Source of the DNA: Octopus sinensis
Taxonomy: Eukaryota
Direction of reading: 5' to 3'
DNA length: 64,000 nt
Assembly: GCF_006345805.1 (NCBI RefSeq)
Contig: NC_043007.1
Span: 3,038,001 to 3,102,000 of the forward strand
A program made the position numbers and the translations under genes. Positions 28,674 through 40,612 of this stretch are shown one piece after another. Within the stretch, counting starts at the first letter, position 1. Every line of letters starts with the position of its first letter. The notes beneath the pieces are model-generated. The model saw only the letters and a program-made list of their open reading frames with translations, did not search any database and was not told the DNA's origin.

Positions 28674-29525
28674 GTACATGTATGTATTTGTATGTAGGTG
28701 TACATGTATTGTGTGTATTTATATTTATTGGTGTATATGTATAGACTAGCCTTCTAAGAGTGTAGACATGAATCTGTAGGTACGCGTACGTATGTTGTAT
28801 ATACGTGAATGTATGTAGATGTACGTATGTATGAATATAACGCGTGCGTGCGTGTATGCGTATGAGTGTACGAATGAGTGAGTGTACGGCTAATGAGTGT
28901 GCGTGAGTGAATGAGTAATTGTTTTCCAGTAGACGGATAAATGGTCGGCTGTCATAGCAAGATGTTTGTGACCAAGCGGCAAAGATAACAAAAGTAATAA
29001 ACGAAGATAATAAAATTAAAATTAGGGAATGGGTCTGTATTTGTATATGTATATATATATATATGTGTGTATGTGTAGGTATGCATGGGTACACATATGT
29101 ATATATATGTGTATATATATATATATATATGTGTATGTATATATATATGTATGTGTATGTGTATGTATGTATATATATGTGTATGTATGTGTATGTGTGG
29201 GTGTATATATATGTGTGTATGTGTATATATGTGTATATAGGGACTAGTGTGCTGTGTGTGCATGTGTGTGTATGGATTTGTGTGTGTATGCGTATGTGAG
29301 TATGTGTGTGTACGTGGTATAATATATATATTTTTCTGTGTGTATATGTAGTGTGGTCGTGTGTGTATATATACATGGTGTATACGTGTATGCAAGTGAG
29401 TGTGTGTATGTATACATATATATGTGTATGTGTAGATATGTATGTATGTGTGAGTGTATATATGTGTGTATGTGTAGAGGTATAAGTGAGAATCTCCTTA
29501 TTTACCTAAAACTCTATTCCCCCTT

Positions 29526-29558
<33 letters not shown>

Positions 29559-29629
29559 TATTTATTTTTTTATTTTTATTTTTTTTATATTTTTGTATAT
29601 ATTTTTTTATTTTTTATTTTTTATTTTTA

Positions 29630-29660
<31 letters not shown>

Positions 29661-29702
29661 TATTTTTTATTTTTATTTTTATTTTTAATATTTTTTTTTT
29701 AT
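27290..29702. repeat. Low-complexity 3' region of the PLE right arm (mirror of 21072-23400)
   Basis: (TG/TA)n mosaic, the duplicated unit at ~28500-28620 and ~28680-28790, and (TTTTTA)n at ~29555-29702. Confidence 0.9.
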
Positions 29703-29844
29703 TCTCCTATCTAATTTAACACTGACTCCTTGACCACTCCCCCAAGTATGATTTTTTGCGCTATGCCTACCCCCAAAAAGTCCCCCACCAACACCCCTTT
29801 AAACCTGCCTAAATGTATAAATGCCAATACAATTCTTGTTAACT

Positions 29845-29895
29845 AGCTTCCTGAAGATTTCTCTTGAATGAAACAGTTCTAGTCCTGTAGAAGCT
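29845..29895 (+). ncRNA. Type I hammerhead ribozyme motif at the PLE 3' end (right arm)
   Basis: The sequence folds as AGCTTC-CTGAAGA-TTTC(TCTT)GAAT-GAAA-CAG(TTCTAGTC)CTG-TA-GAAGCT. It has a 6-bp stem I, a CUGANGA/GAAA core, a 4-bp stem III and a GUA cleavage triplet (cut after 29889). The stem II closing pair is a non-canonical U-U. Confidence 0.8.
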
Positions 29896-29912
29896 CCTTC
29901 TATATAATAAAT

Positions 29913-29951
<39 letters not shown>

Positions 29952-29954
29952 ATA

Positions 29955-29986
<32 letters not shown>

Positions 29987-30129
29987 CATATATATAATAA
30001 TAGTATGTCGAAACGATTTCACAGATTGAGAAAAGAGTTCTCTTACGTCGAATTTGAAACCACATAGTTTACAAGGAAAATATCACAGTTGCTTTCTTAA
30101 TGGTTTTACGTACGTATTCACACACATAT

Positions 30130-30178
<49 letters not shown>

Positions 30179-30598
30179 TTTTCATCCACCACTTTCCTCA
30201 CTAAATAATGTATCTTTCATTCGAGTGTAATGAACAATTAATCTTATTATCTGCTTTAATTAGTTCTCATTCATACTGTTACCCCTCTCGTAATTTCTCA
30301 TCTATTGTATTTTAATTATTATCACGTTTTATTACTTGTCACCAATTTTCAACAAATTTTTCAAAAAAAATTCATTACTTTTTTTCTAATTGTTATAATT
30401 TCGTTGTTAAGTTAATGCATTTACATTCGGTATGATTCCAGTTAAGACTGCTTCGTTGATGTTGTTATTGTTGTTGTTGCTGTTTTTGCTGGTCTTAGTT
30501 CCTGCTCTGACCGATGCATGATCGAACCGAGTCACGATCGAAGAACTGCATCATGAAACTAACCCATGCCGGAAAAGAGCCATGAATAAAAATATATA

Positions 30599-31120
30599 CC
30601 GTAAATCCTCGAGTATAGTCCGCCCTTGAGTATAATACGCAGGGGACTTTTAGGGGTCTGTGCCTCTGAAAAACCTAAACCTTATGTATAATACGCACCC
30701 CTTCTGTAACTTAAGTCAAGGAGGTCTATATAACGTCCTGGTTTGTAAAAATGTATACTGTGTAAGTAACGTCTTATTACTATTGTATATAACATAATGC
30801 AAACGTGTAGCTTTTTTTGTGCATTTTGTTTTCAGAAAATAAAGAAATAACAGTAATAACAGTAATAACGTTTAATAAATGTTGCTTACTGCAAGTTATG
30901 GATGATTCTTTTATGACTTCATTGCTTTCAGGCTTAGCTTAAGGTATTTTTACACCCAACATCACAAAATGCGTCTGAATAAACATTGCCGGACAGTAAA
31001 TAGAGACTCAGACATTGCTTAGAAAATAATTTTCATTTTTAACCTCGTATATAGTACGCACTAGGGATTTTGACCTTTAAATTTTTGGGGAAAATGCGGG
31101 TTATACTCGAGGATTTACGG
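30599..31120. mobile_element. pogo/Tc2-like MITE
   Basis: Perfect 19-bp TIR CCGTAAATCCTCGAGTATA / TATACTCGAGGATTTACGG with a TA duplication on both sides. Confidence 0.85.
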
Positions 31121-31405
31121 TAATCGTAATTATTCCAAATAATCCAATCGTTATTATTATTTTTGTTTTTTATTTCCCTTCCACTTTTAAGACGGTATAG
31201 GGTGATTAGAGATCGAATTTGCTGTTGCTTGCAGCCGTTCAGGCGACAGTGTTAAAACGTCCTTCATTTGTCCCTAAAAGCGTGAAAAAAGGCATGAACG
31301 TTTTGGAATAGTTAATTTCTCTTTCATATTCCTCAAATGCTTTTTGCTTGTGTCGGTGAAGAGTATGTAGGATTAAGGGTAAGGGGTAAATTAAGAAGAA
31401 AGAGG

Positions 31406-31453
<48 letters not shown>

Positions 31454-31476
31454 TAATAATTAATATAATAATAATG

Positions 31477-31510
<34 letters not shown>

Positions 31511-31549
31511 TGATCCTTTCTACTGGAAGCGCAATGCCTCACATTTGGA

Positions 31550-31917
31550 GGAAATGATTCAGCCGACTACATCGACCCCAGTGCGTAACTGATACATATT
31601 TCTTTGACTTTGACCCCGGAAGGCTGAGAAGCAAAGTCGACCTCGGTGGAATTTGAACTCAGGACATACTGACGGGCAAAATACCTATTTCTTTATTACC
31701 CACAAGGGGCTAAACACAGAGGGGACAAACATGGACAGACATAGGTATTAAATCGATTACATCGATCCCAGTGCGTAACTGGTACTTAATTTATCGACCC
31801 CGAAAGGATGAAAGGCCAAGTCTACCTCGGCGGAATTTGAACTCACAACGTAACGGCAGACGAAATACCGCTAAGCATTTCGCCCGGCGTGCTAACGTTT
31901 CTGCTAGCTCGCCGCCT
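31550..31917 (-). mobile_element. SINE family B, dimeric form
   Basis: Reverse-complement match with two core units. Confidence 0.8.
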
Positions 31918-32742
31918 TTATACCGCTAAGCATTTCCTCCAAGTATAGCTACAGGTATATCAACTACGATACAACATAAATTCTCGTTTCATCAAAATAT
32001 TTTCTGCTTCGAGAGGATGTGTCACAAATACAATATGGCAATTGAGATCAACCTCTTATAAGAAGGGAATAAAATCTGAAGTCTCAAGAATTCCTCCCAA
32101 GTTGATATGCCATTTAGAGAAAGGACAACATTGTTTTCAGGAGATAAGAGAACATCTGTTGACGTGTGTTTCTGCCTCAGTAAAGGCGGCCAGACAATTG
32201 TCCTTCATTATTGTAACGCATCCTCTAGAGACGGAGATGGTTTTAATACATTAAGAATTGATGCCGAATGATATTCTAATATGCCTGTCTCTGTCTGTCT
32301 TGTTCATATATATTTGATTGACCGCTCTGAAGTTTTCTCTTAGCTCTTTTTGTTTAATCATTTAAAATATCGTCTGACTATTTAATTCACTAACGTATTT
32401 GCTTCTTTTATGGATAACATATTTAATAATGATTTCAATAGATGGGATACATTTATATAAATTATGAAATATATACTATATTGATTAATTTCATCAACCA
32501 ATCTCTCAAGAATTTATTCAACTCACGCTAGTATACCGAATGTTATCGATTTTTGAAAATTCTAAGATAGAAGAGGTATTTTTAATGGAAAAGAAAGGAC
32601 GATGGGAGATGTATAACCACAAGTAACCAGCTGCTTTGCCAACTGGTGAATTCTCTTGGATATTTAGATGTTCCGAGAAATATAATTTTTACGCGAGATC
32701 TTATTTGTAGGCCGAAGTGTTAAATATTAACAGAAGAAGAAC

Positions 32743-32744
<2 letters not shown>

Positions 32745-32798
<54 letters not shown>

Positions 32799-32847
32799 GC
32801 TGCTACTACTACTGCTACTACTGCTGCTGCTGCTACTACTGCGACTG

Positions 32848-32883
<36 letters not shown>

Positions 32884-32889
32884 ATAGTA

Positions 32890-32930
<41 letters not shown>
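32745..32930. repeat. (CTA)n/(CTG)n/(TAA)n compound microsatellite
   Basis: Directly visible. Confidence 0.95.
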
Positions 32931-33595
32931 CTTGATAAATGTGCCAAGGCCACTTTCCAGAAATGAAAGTGAAGGCCTCACATCCAGTGGGTTTGGATGT
33001 TGACGCAGTCATAAAGGAACTCGAACAGGAACAAATTTACAAATACCTCGAAATAAATGAGGGCTCTGGCATTCAGCATGCAATTCTGAAAGAAAATATT
33101 AGGAAGGAGTGTTACAAGAGAGTCCGAGCAGTCCAAAAATCTGAGTTAAATGCACGTAACAAGGTGTTAGCAATAAATTCCTTATCAGTTTCGGTTGTTA
33201 TTCACAGTTTCAATGTGTTGAACTGGAATATGATCGCAATAAGGAAGATTGACGGGGAAATAAGTAAGCTGCTGGTTTGTAATAAGATACACCACCCAAA
33301 CGCAGACGAAGATCGTCTTTACCTATCCAAAGCTCAAGAAGGTCGAGGCTCGAACCAATTTGAAATCTTCTACAAAACCACCACAACTGCACTGGCGAAA
33401 TATCTCGAAGCATCTAACGACTGGATGCTAAAACGCATTGAAAACCATGAAAGACGTAAGAAGCTACATTCTGTTATGAAGGAGAGCGAAACATTTTCAA
33501 GTGAGTTTGTGCATAACACCCAGGATGGACAGCATGAGGAAAGTGCAAGAACTGTAATTACAAAGCAGATGAAATCAATAGCACAGTAGTGCTGA
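32931..33595 (+). mobile_element. R4/Dong-type (RLE-encoding) non-LTR retrotransposon, RT thumb fragment
   Basis: The ORF contains YKYLEI...KECYKRVRAVQKSELNARNKVLAIN...HHPNADEDRLYLSKAQEGRG, motifs typical of R4/NeSL-like elements. It directly abuts (TAA)n at 32885-32930. Confidence 0.75.
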
Positions 33596-33619
33596 CCAAA
33601 TCTTTATGCTAGTCGCCCG

Positions 33620-33945
33620 ACACTATGATGGTGACGTTGTCTGCGTCTGCCGACACAACTTTCCCACATCCTAGTTCACGCGAAATGCCTCTCATCTTCT
33701 GTAGCAAATCTGACTTCAATTGCGCCATTTTTCTTACCCTTCGACAGATATTTTACGTCTTTCCAAATCGGTTGCAAGTATTTTTCAACTACTTTGGCAG
33801 TTTCTATTGTGGCAGTTTCTAAACGTCTCTTTTTTTAAAGATATAGTTTTGTACACTATAGTACGTTTGTTTGTATTGTCTGTAACACCTGGAGGTGTGT
33901 TTTTCGAAACACATCTTTCGCCTTTTCTTTTTCACATATTTCTAT
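33620..33945 (-). mobile_element. Probable LINE ORF1 (RRM-like) fragment
   Basis: The minus strand reads KRTIVYKTISLK...VEKYLQPIWKDVKYLSKGKKNGAIEVRFATEDE, which resembles non-LTR ORF1 RRM segments. It is wedged between two other LINE fragments. Confidence 0.4.
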
Positions 33946-33959
33946 AGTCTTTAAGCGAT

Positions 33960-34258
33960 TCTGCAAAAACCCTTTCGGAAACAGTTTTTCACGCTAAGAG
34001 TTGCTGAAGCATGGAACAAACTGCTGGTATCAGTTGTTAGTTGTCGGAGCACTGCATCCTTCAAAACTTCCATACTTCCTGAGATTCGCCAACGCTACAC
34101 CTAATTTTCTTCCCTCCATACACACAAGCAAGCATGTATCTGACTCATACATTGCTCGCTTTCCAGACATTTGTACATTACTGCATGTACTTTATACGCA
34201 CTTTCTGACAAGTTGTGGTGCACCTGAGCACTATATACAATAATTTCATTATTATTAT
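33960..34258 (+). mobile_element. CR1/L2-like LINE 3' end
   Basis: RKQFFTLRVAEAWNKLLVSVVSCRSTASFK matches the CR1-type FF-x-RV-x3-WNxL motif, followed by a 3' UTR ending in (ATT)n. Confidence 0.7.
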
Positions 34259-34260
34259 TA

Positions 34261-34619
<359 letters not shown>

Positions 34620-34623
34620 ATTA

Positions 34624-34690
<67 letters not shown>

Positions 34691-34895
34691 TTTCTAGGCT
34701 TTGCCATTAAAGCAAAACTTCGGCTGTTCAATGTGTTAATGTTAGTGGTGGTAGTGGGGGGAGCTTTGTTTCACAGGTGTTGCGACACTACCAGCGTCCA
34801 TTAGCTAAATTTCCTCGCTCTTTTCCTCTTCTTCCTCTCGTTTCTTTTCTTCTTTTTTCTTCTGTTGCTCAGCATTGCACGTGCTATCAAGATTT

Positions 34896-34941
<46 letters not shown>

Positions 34942-35320
34942 TTAAGGCGCGAAGAGGGCGGAGGCAATTGATTTTTAAACTTTTTTGGCTGTTTTCCGAT
35001 AGTTTAGTGGGGGAGTCAAAAAGAAAGGAAATGCTGACACTCTTCTCCAAGGACATTTTGCAAATTTCAAAACTGAGGAATGAAAAAAATGTAGAATTTA
35101 AATTGAAAATTCGCCTCAAAAGGGCTCAGAAAGAGCCCCGTCGGTCTGGCGACAGAAATGTCGTAAACAATTTTCAGATACAACAATAATATCGGTAAAT
35201 ACTGAACAAAAACTTACAACTCACGAACACACGTATTTCCTCTTGGAAATCCACGAGCAGAGTTCAATAACAACAACAACAACAACAATAATAGTAATAA
35301 TAATAATGATAATAATAATA

Positions 35321-35358
<38 letters not shown>

Positions 35359-35360
<2 letters not shown>

Positions 35361-35915
35361 TGCCCTGAGGCAGTACCAGGCAGTGGCTCTCATGGCTTCT
35401 GATCTTAACTGATTGGAAGTATTATCATGTACATTGTTTTGTCTTGGTATAAAAGATGGGCTACAGCAAATATTCTGCTCAATACCACAGATTTGCTTAT
35501 CAGTTGTTTGACCTTAACCAGTTGAGCATGTCCCTTAGTGGCTGACGATATGTGCATCTCTGATCACGAGCAGAAGTAGTGGGGGAGCATCATAGCCATG
35601 TGTTGAGAAGGATTCTTTGGGGTTTGAATAATTCACCTCTGGAAACATGGGTGTTTCGTTCAACGTCCTTAAACAACCCTTATTCAGGGACCTTTTGAGC
35701 AGGATGGGTTACTCGATCTGAAGAAAATTCTAACTGGGCTCCACCTGCAAGGTCATGTGCTGTTTATCTTGATATGAGATCACCATGTCGCGCACATATG
35801 GTTGTGATGCATGTGCCTGGTGTACCCTTATCAGACGGGTAGTCATGATGGGTATACTGGGCTTCGTATATTTTACCCCAGTGTCACTTTGATGGCATGC
35901 TCTGCTCGCTCACTC
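35359..35915. mobile_element. Non-coding interspersed element inserted into an (AAT)n tract
   Basis: A GC-richer ~550-bp block with sharp edges and (AAT)n on both sides (35270-35358 and 35916-35931). No recognisable ORF. Confidence 0.5.
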
Positions 35916-36486
35916 AATAATAATAATAATAATGATGAAAATAATAATAAAGATGATGATGATGATGATGGTGGTTGTCGTGGTGGTGGTGGTGGTGGTT
36001 TTGGTGGTGGTGGCGGTGGTGTTGGTGGTGGTGGTGGTGATGGTAATGATGATGATGATGATGATGACGATGATGATGATAGTCAAGAGTGATTGTGCAT
36101 TGAATTCACTTGTGTATATCTCGTAGCACAGTTAATCCAATATGATATCTTCAGCACAGTTAATCCAATATGATATTGCTAATATAATAATATCTAAGTT
36201 ATATGATACTGCTAATATATAATATAATATACGATATTGCTGAACTTCTTAGCGTTCAGGTGAAATTCTGCCAAATTTAATACTTATTTATTCGCCTTGT
36301 TTTGAATTAATCATTCACTAAGTCATACTTTTGAGATTTCGGCGATTTATTCATTTATTTTTAGAATGACAATGCAAAGTAAGTTTGAGAGGCCTGATCT
36401 GTCCGACTTGTACATAAAGCAGTTAGAATATTTAGGCCTCATATGACCAGCTTAAAATACCAAATTGTTAAAAATGCAGTGTCTTA

Positions 36487-36897
36487 AGGCAGCGAGCTGG
36501 CAGAAACGTTATCACTCTGGGCGAAATGCGTAGCCGTATTCGTCTGCCATTACGTTCTGAGTTCAAATTCCGCCGAGGTCGACTTTGCCTTTCATCCTTT
36601 CGGGGTCGATAAATTACGTACGAGTTACGCACTGGGGTCGATGTAATCGACTTAATACCTATGTCTGTCCTTGTTTGTCCCCTCTATGTTTATCCCCTTG
36701 TGTGTAATAAAAAAATAGGTATTTCGTCTGCCGTTACGTTACGCACTGCGGTCGATAAATTAAGTACGAGTTACGCACTGGGGTCGATAAATTAAGTACC
36801 AGTTACGCACTGGGGTCGATGTAATCGACTTAATCCCTTTGTCTGTTCTTGTTTGTCCCCTCTATGTTTAGCCCCTTGGGAGCAATAAAGAAATAAG
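36487..36897 (+). mobile_element. SINE family B, dimeric form with internal ~31-bp tandem repeats
   Basis: GGTCGATAAATTAAGTAC(G/C)AGTTACGCACTG is reiterated at ~36750-36820. Confidence 0.8.
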
Positions 36898-37277
36898 CAT
36901 GCAGTGTCTTATCGTATATTGCACCTGTTTAATCAACGGTGATTTTCGTGTGACGGTCATGTGCACAGTGTCACTCATAAGACAATACATAAAACAAACA
37001 TTTCCTATTTTAAGCGACGGTAGTCCAATTTAGTTGTTAAATCCTTTCCGTTGAGAACAAACAGAAAAATTTAATAAAAAATATTTTTTTTTTTTTTTTT
37101 ACTTCAACCTCTTTAAGTTTCATAATTTCCTTACTCCTACTTCAGAAATATTTAGTGTTGTATAGGGCTTCCTAATTGAATCACTGACCGATGCAGCAAG
37201 AAATTTATTTCCCAGCATTCTAAGATGACTACACACTTTTAATATCTCTTGATTCCATTGCTTACCTTTACTCTACT

Positions 37278-37672
37278 GGCGGCGAGCTGGCAGAAACGTT
37301 AGCACACCGGGCGAAATTCGTAGCCGTATTTCGTCTGCCGCTACGCTCTAAGTTCAAATTAAGCCGGGGTCGACTTTGCCTGTCATCCTTTCGGGGTCGA
37401 TAAATTAAGTACCAGTTACGCACTGGGGTCGATACAATCAACTTAATCCGTTTGTCTGTCCTTGTTTGTCCCCTCTGTGTTTAGCCCCTTGTGGGTAGTA
37501 AAGTAATAGGTATTTCGTCTGCCGCTACGTTCTGAGTTCAAATTCCGCCGAGGTCGGCTTTGTCTTTCATCATTTCGGCGTCGATAAATTAAGTACCAGT
37601 TGCATACTGAGTTCGATCTACTCTACTGTACCCCTCCCACCAAAAATTTCGGGCCTTGTACCTCGAGTAGAA
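37278..37672 (+). mobile_element. SINE family B, complete dimeric form ending ...GGGCCTTGTACCTCGAGTAGAAAAG
   Basis: Head-core-linker-partial head-core-tail organisation. Confidence 0.8.
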
Positions 37673-37817
37673 AAGATAAGTATATTCACTCTCCTCATAG
37701 GCCTCAAGCAATCATCACAAATATTAATCTTCCCATTATTTTTAGTGACAGAATCCAAATCTACAAAGTTTCTTTCCTTCAACTGTTTACTTTCAAAAAC
37801 TCTATTTAAGTGGCCGC

Positions 37818-37832
37818 GACTACTACTACTAC

Positions 37833-37865
<33 letters not shown>

Positions 37866-38030
37866 CACTACAAATACTACTACTACTACTACTACTGCTA
37901 CCACTACTACTACTACTACTAATACTACTACTACCACTACCACTACTACTACTACCTCTACCACTACTACTACTACTACTACTACCACTACCACTACCAC
38001 TACTACCACTACCACTACCACTGCTGCTGC
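37818..38030. repeat. (CTA)n/(CCA)n microsatellite
   Basis: Directly visible. Confidence 0.95.
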
Positions 38031-38512
38031 TAGTGCTTCCGCCGCCGTCGCCATTGTTATTTCAGATAGATACAATTTCGAAAACTAAACTAAGAAGCTG
38101 CTGCTACGGCTGCTTCTGCTGCCTCGGCTGTCGCTATTCATGTTCTTGCAGATATTGTCAATATTCTCTTTGTTATGGATGTCTTTTGTTTTGTTTTGTT
38201 TTGTTTTTGTTTTTTTGTAGAATATTTCTCCAAACCACAAACAAGAAATATTTGCATTTGTTATGATAGTGTTTCTTGATAAACTGTTTGCCGTAATCTT
38301 ATACTGTTTCCTATCACAATATCACCAATGCTTGGTGAAAATATGTCGAAATACTTTCCAGAGAAAACGATTACTGACAGAAAGTGTAATATTATTACAT
38401 ACACAGAAATACTTAAACTCGCCATGTTACTTATAACTTCTTTCTCTTGCAGCACACAAACACTACACACAATACACACATTTATGTGCATGTGTTAGGG
38501 TATATATACATC

Positions 38513-38583
<71 letters not shown>

Positions 38584-38584
38584 T

Positions 38585-38650
<66 letters not shown>

Positions 38651-39300
38651 GATATATATATATATATATATATATTACGATAAAATCAACAGCTATAACG
38701 ACTACGACTTAAAGGTGGTAGAATAGTTAGGTAAAAGGAAGAAGTTGTTATATATTTACATGGCGTACATTTCTAAACTTCCCTCCAGCTATATCCAACC
38801 CGTGATGAATTTGAAGTAAACAACTTCTTTATTATTCGGTATGAAGTCTATGTTTATGGTTATATATTGTTACAAATTGTGCTTCAACATTCTTATTATG
38901 TATTTAAAAAAATTATATATATATATATATTGCGAGGAGAATTGACAGAATCGTTTGTGCGTCGATCAAGACTCAATGCAGTGTTTGATCCGGTTCATTA
39001 CGCTCTGAGTTCAAATATCACCAAAGGAATTTTTGCCTTTCGTCTTTACAGGTTTGGTAAAATAAAGTAACGTTTATGTAATATAGTCGAAAATATCGAC
39101 TAACTCTCTCCTTTCAAAATCGTTGGTTTTGTATTCAAAGCGGAAACCATAAAACGGCGAGCTGGCGGAACCGTTAGAGCATCAGAAACAAAAATATTTG
39201 GTTCTGCTCAGCAGGTTCAGAGTTCAAATACCATCGATGTCAACTTAGCATTTCATACATTGAAGGTCATAAAATAAAGCACCAGGCAAGTACTGGAGTA

Positions 39301-39727
39301 TCGGGATCTTTTCACTTTGACCGGCAGATTTTTAAATAATTTCTTTGTAACTAAACACTTTTAAACTTCGTATACTGGTAGAATATGTTACATAAAACAT
39401 TTTCTCTTGGCTTTCTTGAGAAAATTATGTAGTTTATAAGCTATTTCTTGTTAAATTTCTTGCATTTCGGCAATTTCAACCAATCAGTGACGTCTATTGA
39501 GGTGAATACAATTTCTGCGGTTGTTTGTCAACAACAATTTCTTGCGATTTCTTGCCGAAATGCAAGGAATTTAACAAGAAATAGCTTACAAACTACCGAA
39601 TTTTCTCAAGAAAGCCAAGAGAAAAAGATGTTTTATGTAACACATTCTACCGGTATACGAAGTTTAAAAGTGTTTAGTTACAAAGAAAATATTTCAAAGA
39701 TCTACCGGTCAAAGTGAAAAGATCCGA
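39301..39727. mobile_element. Long-TIR foldback element / MITE
   Basis: Imperfect inverted arms of ~170 bp (GGATCTTTTCACTTTGACCGG...CATTTCGGCAA versus TTGCCGAAATG...CCGGTCAAAGTGAAAAGATCC) around a ~75-bp centre. Confidence 0.8.
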
Positions 39728-40093
39728 ATATCGTTTTACCCTGTTCCAATAAGCGAAGCTGGTCTTGTACATAAATCATAAACTATTATTTAAAATATTT
39801 TCAGAGCAGATTATTGGTATAATCATCAGATCGTCGATCAAAATGCACTGCGGAATATTCCTTGTTTAAGTTCTTTAGGTTCCCAGTTCAACTCTCACCA
39901 AGGTCAACACTATCTTTTATCCTTGGGGGTCGATAAAATAAAAAAATAGTCAAGTCAAAATATTTGAATGCTTCCCTCCTAAAATTTTGGTTTGCTCTCA
40001 TGTTACATATCGGTCTTAAATTTTCACACAATACCTGCATATGGAGTGCGGTGGGTACCAGTGCTCAAACGGTATTTATTTTATCTTGTTCTA

Positions 40094-40612
40094 CTCTAAG
40101 CACAAGGCCCGAAATATTGGGGAGGGGGCTAGTCGAGTAGATCGACTCCAGTATGCAACTGGTACGAAATTTATCGACCCCAAAGGGCGGAATTTGAATT
40201 CGGAACGAAAAGGCGGACAAAGTACCGCTAAGAATTTCGCCCTGTGTGCTAACATTTCTGCCAGCTCGCCGCCTTACTGGTAGTAATTTTATCGACCCCG
40301 AAAGGATGGAAGGGGATATCGACCTCGGCAGAATTTGAACTCAGAACGTAAAGACCGACCAAATACTTATTTCTTTACTACCCACAGGGCCTAAACACAG
40401 AGAAGACAAACAAGGACAGACAGACGGATTAAGTCGATTATATCGACCCTAGTGCGTAACTGGTACTTAATTTATCGACCCCGAAAAAATGAATGGCAAA
40501 GTCGACCTCGGCGGAATTTGAACTCACAAGGTAGCGGCAGACGAAATACCTACGGCTACGAATTTCGCCCGGCCTGCTAACGTTTCTGCCAGCTCGCCGC
40601 CTTTGTCCCGTG
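40094..40612 (-). mobile_element. SINE family B copies (monomer-like 40094-40275; dimeric 40280-40612)
   Basis: Reverse-complement matches to the family. Confidence 0.8.

Larger units (their letters stand above)
20797..29912. mobile_element. Penelope-like retroelement inserted as a giant head-to-head inverted duplication (arms ~20866-25239 and ~25454-29912, 214-bp spacer, ~69-bp extra terminus on the left)
   Basis: Seen: ORFs 24809..25195(-) and 25498..25908(+) translate identically over 127 aa. Mirror-image matches continue from the junction out to 20866 and 29912, including the (AAAAAT)n tract and internal duplications. (TA)n flanks both sides. Known: RT followed by C-terminal GIY-YIG, with inverted insertions, is the hallmark of EN+ PLEs. 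Confidence 0.92.

Noticed and set aside
20797-29912. Palindrome as a pure sequencing fold-back artefact
   Set aside because: The inversion is confined to the element boundaries, has a 214-bp unique spacer and asymmetric ends, and has different unique flanks. An artefact is unlikely, though read-level confirmation is still needed.
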